Source of the DNA: a virus
Taxonomy: Duplodnaviria; Caudoviricetes
Length of the DNA: 45,321 nt
IMG/VR virus record: IMGVR_UViG_3300025103_000041
Coordinates: 1-45,321 of that record
Strand: one strand, 5' to 3'
Part shown: in pieces, positions 16,919 through 26,168 of the stretch
How the letters are laid out: every line of letters starts with the position of its first letter
How positions within the stretch are numbered: the first letter of the stretch is position 1
Made by a program: the position numbers and the translations under genes
Notes under the pieces: generated by a model
What the model was told of the DNA's origin: nothing
What the model saw: only the letters and a program-made list of their open reading frames with translations
Database searches by the model: none

Positions 16919-19900
16919 ATGATGAATAAACTTACAGAAGAATTAATAAAACCATTTCTTAATGAAATTAGAAACGATAAAAAGATAAAAACTGTCATTG
17001 GAATTTATCCCGGAAGATTTCAACCTGCAGGTGTTCATCATGCAAAAACATTCAAGTGGTTACAAAAGAAATTCGGTAAGAATACATTTATAGCTACATC
17101 AAACAAACAAGAACCATCAAAATCACCATTGAATTTCAAAGAAAAACAAATGGTATGGAAAAAACATGGTGTTTCATCAAGTAAAGTCGTTCAAGTTAAA
17201 AATCCATATCTCGCAGAAGAAATATTAAAGAAATATGACCCAGAAACAACAGCAGTTGTGTTCATATTTGGTGAAAAGGATGCTGGTCGTTTGAGTGGTG
17301 GGAAGAAAGCTTCTGGTGGAGCTAAATATTTCCAACCATTAAAAAATATTAAAGATGTAAAAGGTTATGAAGAACACGGATACTTTTTAGTTGCACCGCA
17401 CATCTCAATCAAAGTTGGTGGAAAAGAAATATCAGGAACAATGATGAGAAATTCATTGGGTACATTAAAACTTGACACTGATATAAAGAAAGGTTTATTT
17501 AAAGATATATTTGGTTGGTATGATGATAAGTTATTCAGTTTATTAACAAAACGATTTGAAAAGTCTGTTAGAGAAATATCAGAAAGCTTACCAACGAAAG
17601 TATCTGATAAATATAAAAAAGTAAAACCAGCTGACCCAAAAGATAAGAAGAAATTCAAACAATTTATTAAACATCATAGATATCATAGCGGTCCTCATAT
17701 TGATGGATTAGAATCAGAACCTGAAACTTATGATTTTGATGATAGTGATGAATCTAAACCAGGTGTTCAAAAAAGAAAGAAAGATAAAAAGAAAAGAGGA
17801 TATGAACCTGTAACTGAAGATGTATCAAGAGGTCAGTTATCACAAGTAGAAAAGTATTTAGACAAACTTTGGGGTAAGGTAGGAATAGATGTTGAATTTA
17901 CAAGACACTTTTTAGATAGAGTTAATGATAAAAGAAATATAAAACCAATATCATCTGCCGAAGTAATTAAAATATTCAGACAAACATATAAGAAATATGG
18001 AAAAGTTATTTCTAAATTAGGTAAAGATGCTCAAGCTGTTATGAAAGATATGAAAACAGATGTAAATGTTCCATTTGTATTAAAATGGAATGGTAACGAG
18101 TTTGAGATGATTGCCAAAACAATTATGAGAAAGAAAAACTTTAAATCATCTAATAAGAAGTTTGCTGTTGAGGGTTGGTTAGAAAAAGGTAGTAAAAAAG
18201 ATAAAGCATTAAAATTAAAAATAGCTAAATTATATTCTAAAGCTTTTAAACAAATGCCTGGTTCACCAAATCAAGAAAAAATAAAAAAAGAAATAGAAAA
18301 ATTAAGAAATCAATTGAGTGAGGGAGTTGATTTACCAATAGAAATCGGTGATACAGTCTTAATGGGTAAATTCAAAAATAAAAAAGTTGTTATTAAAACA
18401 ATAGGTTGGAACGAAAAGGGTGATTTACTTATAAATGGTAAATCGGCTATGAGAATGAGAATACCAAAGAAACCAAACATCTTTGATGAAAATATTGATG
18501 AATTTTTAACAACCATTGATATGGATGAAATAATAAAAGAAGCTTCAACGGTAACTTTAAGTGGAATACAAGCAGTTGATTCTGGTCCAAACGCTCTTAT
18601 GAAAGGTATGGGTGGATATGCTGGAAGAAATAAAAAACAAGCAGAACAACTTGGATGGGAAGTAATTGATTATATATTGGATGTTGATATTAAAAATATT
18701 CCACCACACAAAAAAGAATTTAGTAATGATAGAGTAAATTCAGTAAGTTATTTACCAGCTGGCATAGGAACTGGTAAAACACCAAACAACCAAGATAATT
18801 TAACTGGAGTACAAGGTTACAACAAATGGGTTAAAAATATGAAAAAAGTGGCTCAATCAGTTGGTTTTAAGTTAATGAACTTCATGGATAAACAAGAAAA
18901 AGAAACGAAAAAACAAATTTCAAAAGATACAACAGCTATACTTAAACAACAAAAGAGTGATGAAAAAGAAGTAGAAAAAGTTAGTAAAGATGTTAAAGTA
19001 GAAGAATCAGCGTTTACAGAAGAATGGTGGAAAGATTTATTAACAGAAGGTGGTGCTTATGTTGAGTGTAAAGAATGTGGTAAAGAATTAAAAGAAATAA
19101 ATAATAGTCATCTGAAAAAACATAATATAACACGAGAAGAATATAAAGAAAAATATCCAAATGCTGAACTTATATGTGAAGATAGAAGAAAGCAATGTTC
19201 TAAAGGTGGATATGTTGCTGGTAAAGGTAATAAAGGTAATAAAAGACCAGATTTAGTGCTAAGAAATAAAAGTGTAGAAAATAGAGAAAGGGTATCTAAA
19301 TCACTAAAAGAAACTTATAAGAATAATGAAGAATTAAGATTAAGTAAACGAGAAATAACATCTAAACACGGATTCGATACAGATGTATTTAAGGAAAAAA
19401 TGTATGAATCTGGTAAATGGACAAGACCAGAAGATAAAGATGAATTTGAATTATATCGTGAAAATGTTAGAAAATTAACAAATGAAAATTATCAAAAACA
19501 TTTTTATGATATTCCAAATGCCAAGAAACGAAGTAGAGATTGGCATTTAGATCACAAAGTTTCTATAAGTTATGGTTTTAATAATAATGTTCCGATTGAA
19601 GTGATTGCACATCATAAAAATTTAGAAGTGATACATCATTCATTAAATGAAAGTAAATTTACAAAAAATTCAATTTCTCTTAAAGAATTACTGAAAGATA
19701 TTAAAGGAACTTTGTTGATAGAAGGGGGTGCAGCGGGGCACATGAATCATCCATTTGATGATAAAGATTTAACATTCGGTGACTTAAAGAAAATAATTGA
19801 ACTTGGATTCGGTGGCCAATTAAATCGTGAAGATAATGTAACAGAAAAGATGGATGGTCAAAATCTTATGGTATCTTGGAAAGACGGAAAACTTTTAATA

Positions 19901-20932
19901 GCCCGAAACAAAGGACACATCAAAAACTTCGGTAAAACTGCACTCGATGTCAAAGGGATAAAATCAAAATTTGAAGGTAGAGGTGATATATCAGACGCAT
20001 TTGGATTTGCAGTAACTGATATACAAAAAGGTGTCAAGAAATTATCACAAAAACAGAAAGATAAGATATTCAACGAAGGACAACATTGGATGAATCTGGA
20101 AGTAATGTGGCCAGCATCCGCAAATGTAATCGATTACGATGTAACACAAATCGTATTTCACGGAGCATTGCGATACGATGAAAAAGGAAATGTAATCGGT
20201 GAGGTAAAAGGTAGTGGTAGTATATTAGCAGGAATGTTGAAACAAATAAATCAACACATACAGAAAAAATACGCACTCGGTTCACCACATTTCTTAAAAG
20301 TTCCAAAACATCAAGACTTTGGTAAGATGAAAGGTAAGTATTCATCAAGAGTAAGTAAGTTACAGAGTGAATTTGGATTAAAGGATAGTGACACATTAGC
20401 TTTATACCATCAGTCGTGGTGGGAAAGCTTTATACGAAAACAAAACAAAAAAGTTTCCGAAAAAGTATTAAAAGGTTTAACAAAAAGATGGGCATTCTTC
20501 GATAAGTCATATAAAGTACCAATGATTAAGAATGATATTGAAGATGAAAAGTTTTTAGATTGGGTATTATCATTTGATAAGAAAGACCACGCAAAACAAG
20601 TTAAAACTAACATGCGTCCATTTGAAATATTATTCTTTGAAGTCGGTGCTGAAATAATGAAAAATATGAGTGGATTTATAGCGGCCAATCCAGACAAAGC
20701 AGTACAAGGAATAAAGAATAGAATTGATAAGGCAGTATCAGATGTTAAAAAGGGTGGTGACTTAAAGAAACTCAACACATTAAATGTTCAGATGGATAGA
20801 TTAAACGCAATCGGTGGATTTAAAGCGATTGTTCCGAGTGAGGGAATAGTGTTTAAGTATAAAGGAAACACTTACAAGTTCACAGGAGCATTTGCACCGG
20901 CAAATCAAATAGCTGGTTTAATGAACTTTTAG
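16919..20932 (+). CDS. Polyprotein: HIGH-superfamily nucleotidyltransferase, several small modules, in-frame HNH endonuclease, and ATP-dependent ligase-like domain
   Basis: YPGRFQP..HH, KSPLNFKEK, ISGTMMR (cytidylyltransferase-like); modules end in xxE; C-terminal TEKMDG, EGIVFK and YK (ligase motifs I, IV, V). Confidence 0.75.
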   Translation: MMNKLTEELIKPFLNEIRNDKKIKTVIGIYPGRFQPAGVHHAKTFKWLQKKFGKNTFIATSNKQEPSKSPLNFKEKQMVWKKHGVSSSKVVQVKNPYLAEEILKKYDPETTAVVFIFGEKDAGRLSGGKKASGGAKYFQPLKNIKDVKGYEEHGYFLVAPHISIKVGGKEISGTMMRNSLGTLKLDTDIKKGLFKDIFGWYDDKLFSLLTKRFEKSVREISESLPTKVSDKYKKVKPADPKDKKKFKQFIKHHRYHSGPHIDGLESEPETYDFDDSDESKPGVQKRKKDKKKRGYEPVTEDVSRGQLSQVEKYLDKLWGKVGIDVEFTRHFLDRVNDKRNIKPISSAEVIKIFRQTYKKYGKVISKLGKDAQAVMKDMKTDVNVPFVLKWNGNEFEMIAKTIMRKKNFKSSNKKFAVEGWLEKGSKKDKALKLKIAKLYSKAFKQMPGSPNQEKIKKEIEKLRNQLSEGVDLPIEIGDTVLMGKFKNKKVVIKTIGWNEKGDLLINGKSAMRMRIPKKPNIFDENIDEFLTTIDMDEIIKEASTVTLSGIQAVDSGPNALMKGMGGYAGRNKKQAEQLGWEVIDYILDVDIKNIPPHKKEFSNDRVNSVSYLPAGIGTGKTPNNQDNLTGVQGYNKWVKNMKKVAQSVGFKLMNFMDKQEKETKKQISKDTTAILKQQKSDEKEVEKVSKDVKVEESAFTEEWWKDLLTEGGAYVECKECGKELKEINNSHLKKHNITREEYKEKYPNAELICEDRRKQCSKGGYVAGKGNKGNKRPDLVLRNKSVENRERVSKSLKETYKNNEELRLSKREITSKHGFDTDVFKEKMYESGKWTRPEDKDEFELYRENVRKLTNENYQKHFYDIPNAKKRSRDWHLDHKVSISYGFNNNVPIEVIAHHKNLEVIHHSLNESKFTKNSISLKELLKDIKGTLLIEGGAAGHMNHPFDDKDLTFGDLKKIIELGFGGQLNREDNVTEKMDGQNLMVSWKDGKLLIARNKGHIKNFGKTALDVKGIKSKFEGRGDISDAFGFAVTDIQKGVKKLSQKQKDKIFNEGQHWMNLEVMWPASANVIDYDVTQIVFHGALRYDEKGNVIGEVKGSGSILAGMLKQINQHIQKKYALGSPHFLKVPKHQDFGKMKGKYSSRVSKLQSEFGLKDSDTLALYHQSWWESFIRKQNKKVSEKVLKGLTKRWAFFDKSYKVPMIKNDIEDEKFLDWVLSFDKKDHAKQVKTNMRPFEILFFEVGAEIMKNMSGFIAANPDKAVQGIKNRIDKAVSDVKKGGDLKKLNTLNVQMDRLNAIGGFKAIVPSEGIVFKYKGNTYKFTGAFAPANQIAGLMNF
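19061..19732 (+). mobile_element. In-frame HNH homing-endonuclease-like insertion flanked by duplicated LLxEGGA
   Basis: CKECGK..SHLKKH Zn-finger-like N-terminus; WHLDHKVS..NLEV..N..K HNH core; LLTEGGAY (19037-19060) before and LLIEGGAAGHM (19712-19744) after. Confidence 0.75.
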
Positions 20933-20951
20933 TGTTTTAATAAAGTTTATT

Positions 20952-20961
20952 ATATTTATAT
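20952..20961 (+). promoter_or_regulatory. Putative late promoter box ATATTTATAT
   Basis: Exact intergenic copy at the head of the lysis/terminase operon. Confidence 0.7.
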
Positions 20962-20981
20962 ATGAATAATTAGAGGTAAAG

Positions 20982-21491
20982 ATGGCAAAGCAATATAGTA
21001 AAAATTTAGAAAAAGTACAATCAATGGTAGATGGAACTTACGGTAGTAAAATTCAATCTGGATATGACGGGGTTCAGAAAAAACGAGAAGTTGGTGATAT
21101 ATGGACTGATTCAGACGGTGTTCAATGGGAACAAAAAGAAGGATATAGGTCTAAAATCAATAAGTTAGCATCAGTTGGTATTTTCAAAGCTACCTGTAAA
21201 GATTGTGAAAAAGGTATATTAAAGAATTGGGATAAAGATACTCATAAAGCAGATGGTAGATGTTATCATTGTCAATTAAATTATGAAATGGATTTAAAAT
21301 TCGACAAATGGATTAGATGGTTTGCATACAGAAGATTAAAAGAATTAAAAAATATGGTATCTATTGAAAATGATTTAATACAATGGATTGATGAACGAGA
21401 AAAAATGAAACAAGAAAAGATTTTTGATATGAGTGTAGCCAATGCAATGGCCAACGCTAATGTAGAAATGTCAATAAAGAAAAACTCTTAA
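20982..21491 (+). CDS. Hypothetical protein with CxxC..CxxC zinc motif
   Basis: GAGG RBS; CKDC...CYHC. Confidence 0.6.
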   Translation: MAKQYSKNLEKVQSMVDGTYGSKIQSGYDGVQKKREVGDIWTDSDGVQWEQKEGYRSKINKLASVGIFKATCKDCEKGILKNWDKDTHKADGRCYHCQLNYEMDLKFDKWIRWFAYRRLKELKNMVSIENDLIQWIDEREKMKQEKIFDMSVANAMANANVEMSIKKNS

Positions 21492-21504
21492 CAGGAGAAG
21501 TACA

Positions 21505-21660
21505 ATGAGTGAATGGATTTTAGCAAACTGGGAATATATTTTAATTGGATTTTATGCGTTAGAAAAGATTGTAAAATTAACGCCTTGACCATATGATGAT
21601 ATTCTTTTTGACGCGATATTAAAACCAGTATTCGACAAACTACCTTTCGGTAAAAAGTAG
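21505..21660 (+). CDS. Small membrane protein, holin-like (in-frame TGA at 21586)
   Basis: AGGAG RBS; MSEWILANWEYILIGFYALEKIVKLTP*PYDDILFDAILKPVFDKLPFGKK ends in TAG 1 nt before the next ATG; absent from the ORF track. Confidence 0.65.
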
Positions 21661-21661
21661 A

Positions 21662-21973
21662 ATGAAAAAGTTATGGAAATATGTTTTAGCTTTCTTCACA
21701 TTTGCTGGAGGAATACTTCTTGCCTTCTTTAGTGGAAAAGATTCCGGTCGTACATCTGAACGAGTAAAAGGAATTGATAAGAAACTGAAGGAGGTTAAAA
21801 AGGATTTAAAGGCAAAAGAAAAAGAAAAAAATGGTATAAAGAAAACACTTAAAAGTAAGAAAAAGGCTCTTGAAGAAATTAAAAAACAACGAGAACAATT
21901 TGGTGTAGAGAGAAAATCATCAGACGAAGCAGCTGATTTTCTTAAAAAATATTTAAAAGATAAGAAGAAGTAG
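21662..21973 (+). CDS. N-terminally membrane-anchored Lys-rich coiled-coil protein (i-spanin-like?)
   Basis: TM segment YVLAFFTFAGGILLAFF followed by a coiled coil. Confidence 0.5.
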   Translation: MKKLWKYVLAFFTFAGGILLAFFSGKDSGRTSERVKGIDKKLKEVKKDLKAKEKEKNGIKKTLKSKKKALEEIKKQREQFGVERKSSDEAADFLKKYLKDKKK

Positions 21974-21983
21974 GAGAAATAAA

Positions 21984-22316
21984 ATGCCAAGACATGGCTC
22001 AAGACTAAATCCACATAATGACCCAAGTTTACCGGGATTTGATTCTAATTTACCACCAGGCAACACTTCAAGTAATAGAACACAACGAAGTGCTAATGTA
22101 GTTAATAGAAATAGAGGGCGACAAACTGGAACAAGAAGAGCTACTCCAAGACAGACTGGAATTAGGCAACAAGTTAGACCTACTGTATCAAGATATTATC
22201 TATCCAACGGACAACCGTACGCGGGAAATGTAATTATGATAAATGGTGATCCATATAGTACAAAGGGTGGTACAATAGAAGGGTCAAGTCAGATGTTGAT
22301 GAAGAAAAAACCTTAA
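21984..22316 (+). CDS. Arg/Asn-rich hypothetical protein
   Basis: AGGAG RBS; low-complexity basic N-terminal half. Confidence 0.55.
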   Translation: MPRHGSRLNPHNDPSLPGFDSNLPPGNTSSNRTQRSANVVNRNRGRQTGTRRATPRQTGIRQQVRPTVSRYYLSNGQPYAGNVIMINGDPYSTKGGTIEGSSQMLMKKKP

Positions 22317-22669
22317 TGTTCAATAAAATACTATCAATATTATTAGTCATTTCAATACTTCTTCCTCAAAAAACATACGAGTTTACAGAGGAAGAAGTTC
22401 AAACATTGTATCAATCAATACAAGAGTTAGAAAATGCTGATTCAACTAATCAAAAAATTATTGAAAACTTGAATGAACAGATATATATGTATATAAACCA
22501 AACAGAGATTGATAGTAGTATAATTGAAAACTATAAGGAACAAATTGAATTGAAGAATGATATGATAAAAAACATAAAACCCAAATGGTACGATAATAAA
22601 TATCTTTGGTATTCTTATGGTATCTTATCAATATTAGTTCCAATATGGGCAGTAGGACAAATAAAATAA
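22316..22669 (+). CDS. Secreted/membrane coiled-coil protein (possible lysis accessory)
   Basis: Signal-like N-terminus, coiled coil, C-terminal hydrophobic segment. Confidence 0.5.
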   Translation: MFNKILSILLVISILLPQKTYEFTEEEVQTLYQSIQELENADSTNQKIIENLNEQIYMYINQTEIDSSIIENYKEQIELKNDMIKNIKPKWYDNKYLWYSYGILSILVPIWAVGQIK

Positions 22670-22670
22670 T

Positions 22671-24281
22671 ATGGCAAATAATTCTCAAAATCTTAAAACT
22701 GCAATAAAAAGAGAATACTCTAAGTGTGTAAACGACCCAGTTCACTTTATGAAAAAGTATTGTACAATTCAACATCCAAAACGAGGAAAAATTAAATTTG
22801 ATTTATATGATTTCCAAGAGAATATGTTGAGTGAGTTTAAAGAACATCGTTATAATATCATACTCAAATCAAGACAATTAGGTATATCAACATTAACTGC
22901 CGGTTATTCTCTATGGTTAATGTTATTTAATTCAGACAAAAATATTTTATGTATAGCAAAAGATAAAGATACTGCAAAAAACCTCGTAACAAAAGTTCGT
23001 GTTATGTATGCAGGTTTACCACAATGGTTAAAAACAAAAGTAACAGAGGATAACAAACTTTCATTAGTATTTTCTAATGGTTCACAAATAAAAGCAGTAG
23101 CCGCAACACAAGAAGCTGGTCGTTCAGAAGCACTATCACTTTTAATTCTTGACGAGGCGGCGTTTATAGAATATGCAGATTCAATATGGACCGCTGCACA
23201 ACAAACACTAGCAACTGGTGGTGATTGTATTACACTTTCAACTCCAAATGGTGTAGGTAATTGGTTTCACAGACAATGGGTTGACGCAATTGACGGAAAT
23301 AACGACTTTCATACACTTAAACTTCACTGGTCAGTTCATCCAGAACGTAATCAAACTTGGAGAGATGACCAAGATAGAGTTCTCGGACCATCAAAAGCTG
23401 CACAAGAATGTGATGCTAGCTTTCTCACCTCTGGTGAATCAGTTGTTGACCCCCAAATTCTACAATGGTATAAAGAAGAAATGGTTGTTGACCCGATGGA
23501 ACGAGCAGGTTTAGACAAAAATTTATGGATATGGGATTATCCGGATTATTCAAAAGAATATATGGTAGTAGCTGATGTAGCTCGTGGAGATGGTAGTGAT
23601 TTCTCAGCGACACAAGTATTTGAAGTAGAAGATATGAAACAAGTTGCCGAATATAAAGGACAATTAGGAACAACAGATTATGGAAATTTCTTAATTGAAT
23701 TATCGACAAAATATAACGATGCCTTACTCGTAGTTGAGAACAATAACATCGGTTGGGCGACAATACAAACTATTATAGACAGAGGATATAAGAACTTATT
23801 CTATATGTCAAAAGATTTACAAGTTGTTGATGTAGAACATCAAATGGTATCAAATAAGTACAGAAATCAAGACAAAAACATGGTACCAGGATTTTCAACG
23901 ACAGTAAAAACAAGACCATTGATTATAGCGAAGATGGAAGAATACACTCGTGAAAAGATGGTAAAAATAAAATCACCGCGACTGATTGAAGAATTATTTA
24001 CATTTATATATCATAATTCAAAACCAGAAGCGATGCAAGGTTACAACGATGATTTGGTTATGTCATATTCAATAACATTGTGGGTTAGAGATACTGCACT
24101 ACGATTGAAAACTGATAAAGACAAGCACCAACGAGCTATGATGGATTCTATGTTGAATATGAACGGAAACACAGATTTTAGTTCCGGTTTTCAATTTGGT
24201 AAAGCTGGAGGCCCGAAAGAAAATCCATATGAAATGGAAGTACGCGGTGAAAAAGAAGACCTATCATGGTTAATTAAATAA
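22671..24281 (+). CDS. terL: Terminase large subunit (T4 gp17-like)
   Basis: LKSRQLGIST Walker A, LILDEAAF Walker B, LSTPNG, nuclease motifs ADVARGDGSDFS and NDDLVMS. Confidence 0.95.
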   Translation: MANNSQNLKTAIKREYSKCVNDPVHFMKKYCTIQHPKRGKIKFDLYDFQENMLSEFKEHRYNIILKSRQLGISTLTAGYSLWLMLFNSDKNILCIAKDKDTAKNLVTKVRVMYAGLPQWLKTKVTEDNKLSLVFSNGSQIKAVAATQEAGRSEALSLLILDEAAFIEYADSIWTAAQQTLATGGDCITLSTPNGVGNWFHRQWVDAIDGNNDFHTLKLHWSVHPERNQTWRDDQDRVLGPSKAAQECDASFLTSGESVVDPQILQWYKEEMVVDPMERAGLDKNLWIWDYPDYSKEYMVVADVARGDGSDFSATQVFEVEDMKQVAEYKGQLGTTDYGNFLIELSTKYNDALLVVENNNIGWATIQTIIDRGYKNLFYMSKDLQVVDVEHQMVSNKYRNQDKNMVPGFSTTVKTRPLIIAKMEEYTREKMVKIKSPRLIEELFTFIYHNSKPEAMQGYNDDLVMSYSITLWVRDTALRLKTDKDKHQRAMMDSMLNMNGNTDFSSGFQFGKAGGPKENPYEMEVRGEKEDLSWLIK

Positions 24282-24291
24282 GAGGTAAATA

Positions 24292-26085
24292 ATGGCACAA
24301 AATGAAAATATATTAACAAGATTAGGGAAACTATTTCAATCAAACATAATTGTTAGAAAAACTGATAGTGGACAATTAAAAGTTAAAGATGTAGATTTCG
24401 GTCAATCAACATCATTAGTAAATAACTTTGTTGATAGATATAATAGACTTATACACGGTAATCCTAAACAAATGGGCTGGGCGGGTAAAGAGAATCAACG
24501 AAACGCGTACGAGGTAGCTCGTAATCAACTATTCAGAGATTATGAACTTATGGACGCCGACCCAATTATATCATCTGCCCTTGACATCTATTCAGATGAA
24601 TCAACGATTGATAACATTGAAGGACAAATTCTTAAAATCAAAACAGACAATACAAAAGTTCACGACATCTTACATAACTTATTCTATGATATAATCAATA
24701 TTGAGTTTAATCTGTGGTCTTGGATGAGAAATTTAACAAAATATGGTGATTTCTTTTTATCATTGGATATAGTAGATAAGTATGGTATTGTTAATGTTAA
24801 ACCACTGTCATCGTATGGTGTATTCAGACTTGAAGACCACGACCCAGAAAATCCAAAATTAGTTCAATTTGAAATTGAAGAAGGTGGTAACAAAGAAGTT
24901 AAAGAAAATTATGAAGTAGCTCATTTCAGGTTAGTATCAGATTCTAATTTCTTACCATACGGTAAATCAATGTTAGAAGGAGCTCGTAGAGTATTTAAAC
25001 AATTAACTCTTATGGAAGACGCTATGTTAATTCATAGAATTATGAGAGCACCAGAAAAAAGAATATTTAAAGTAGATATTGGAAACATACCTCCAAACGA
25101 AGTAGAAAACTTTATGAATAAAATCATAGGTAAGATGAAGAAGATTCCAGTAATTGACCAGGCAACGGGAGATTACAACTTACGATATAATGTAGAATCA
25201 ACAACAGAAGATTATTATCTTCCAGTTCGTGGTTCTGACAGTGGAACAGCAATAGAAACCTTACAAGGATTAACAAATGAAGGTGCTATTGATGATATTG
25301 AATATTTAAGAAACAAGTTACATGCAGCTTTAAAAGTTCCAAAAGCATTTCTTGGATACGAAGAAAATGTTGGTAGTAAAGCAACATTAGCAGCTGAAGA
25401 TGTTAGATTTGCAAGAACAATCGAAAGACTTCAAAAGATTGTTGTAGCTGAACTATCGAAGATTGCAATCGTTCATCTATATTCACAAGGATTTGAAGAT
25501 GCAGAACTCATCAACTTTGATTTAGAATTACAGAATCCATCTATGATTCACGAACAAGAGAAACTTGAATTATTATCACAACAAGTTGATATTGCCAACT
25601 CACTTATCGAAAACAAACTATTATCAAGAGAGTGGATTTATGATAATATATTTGAATTTAATCAAGGTGATAAAGAAAAAGTATTTGATGGTATTATTGA
25701 AGATAGAAAACAAAACTTTAGATTTGAACAAATTGAAACTGAAGGTAACGACCCAGCAGAATCCGGAGAGAAAGCTGGAGATGATGAAGATTTAGAAATG
25801 GCTCGTAAAGGTTCTTGGGGTGGTGATAGACGGAAGGGAACTGGTGAAAAAGAATACGGAAACGAGTATGGTTTAGATGATATAAAAGACGCTACCAAAT
25901 ATGAACGAGAACGATATGGAAAACGAGAGTTCAAAGGTGGTTCACCATTAGCTACTTCAAAAGGTTCAACTCTTGTAACTCGTGAAGGTTTATTATCTCA
26001 ACTAAAACAAAGATTTAGTAAGAACACTAATAATAAGAGTATTTTAAGTGAAGAAAACATAATAGAAGAAGAAACAAGTGAATAA
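24292..26085 (+). CDS. Portal protein (T4 gp20-like)
   Basis: LMEDAMLIHRIMRAPEKRIFKVDIGNIP, EDYYLPVR, DDIEYLRNKLHAALKVP. Confidence 0.95.
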   Translation: MAQNENILTRLGKLFQSNIIVRKTDSGQLKVKDVDFGQSTSLVNNFVDRYNRLIHGNPKQMGWAGKENQRNAYEVARNQLFRDYELMDADPIISSALDIYSDESTIDNIEGQILKIKTDNTKVHDILHNLFYDIINIEFNLWSWMRNLTKYGDFFLSLDIVDKYGIVNVKPLSSYGVFRLEDHDPENPKLVQFEIEEGGNKEVKENYEVAHFRLVSDSNFLPYGKSMLEGARRVFKQLTLMEDAMLIHRIMRAPEKRIFKVDIGNIPPNEVENFMNKIIGKMKKIPVIDQATGDYNLRYNVESTTEDYYLPVRGSDSGTAIETLQGLTNEGAIDDIEYLRNKLHAALKVPKAFLGYEENVGSKATLAAEDVRFARTIERLQKIVVAELSKIAIVHLYSQGFEDAELINFDLELQNPSMIHEQEKLELLSQQVDIANSLIENKLLSREWIYDNIFEFNQGDKEKVFDGIIEDRKQNFRFEQIETEGNDPAESGEKAGDDEDLEMARKGSWGGDRRKGTGEKEYGNEYGLDDIKDATKYERERYGKREFKGGSPLATSKGSTLVTREGLLSQLKQRFSKNTNNKSILSEENIIEEETSE

Positions 26086-26110
26086 ATATAGTATAAACTA
26101 TAAAAACTTT

Positions 26111-26120
26111 ATATTTATAT
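26111..26120 (+). promoter_or_regulatory. Putative late promoter box ATATTTATAT
   Basis: Exact intergenic copy. Confidence 0.7.
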
Positions 26121-26168
26121 ATGAAAAACTATACATTGTTGGAATCCAAATAAAACGGAGATATGAAT

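Noticed and set aside
19061-19732. Intein or group I intron carrying the HNH
   Set aside because: No splice-junction residues; the whole insert is open reading frame continuous with both flanks, leaving no non-coding ribozyme core
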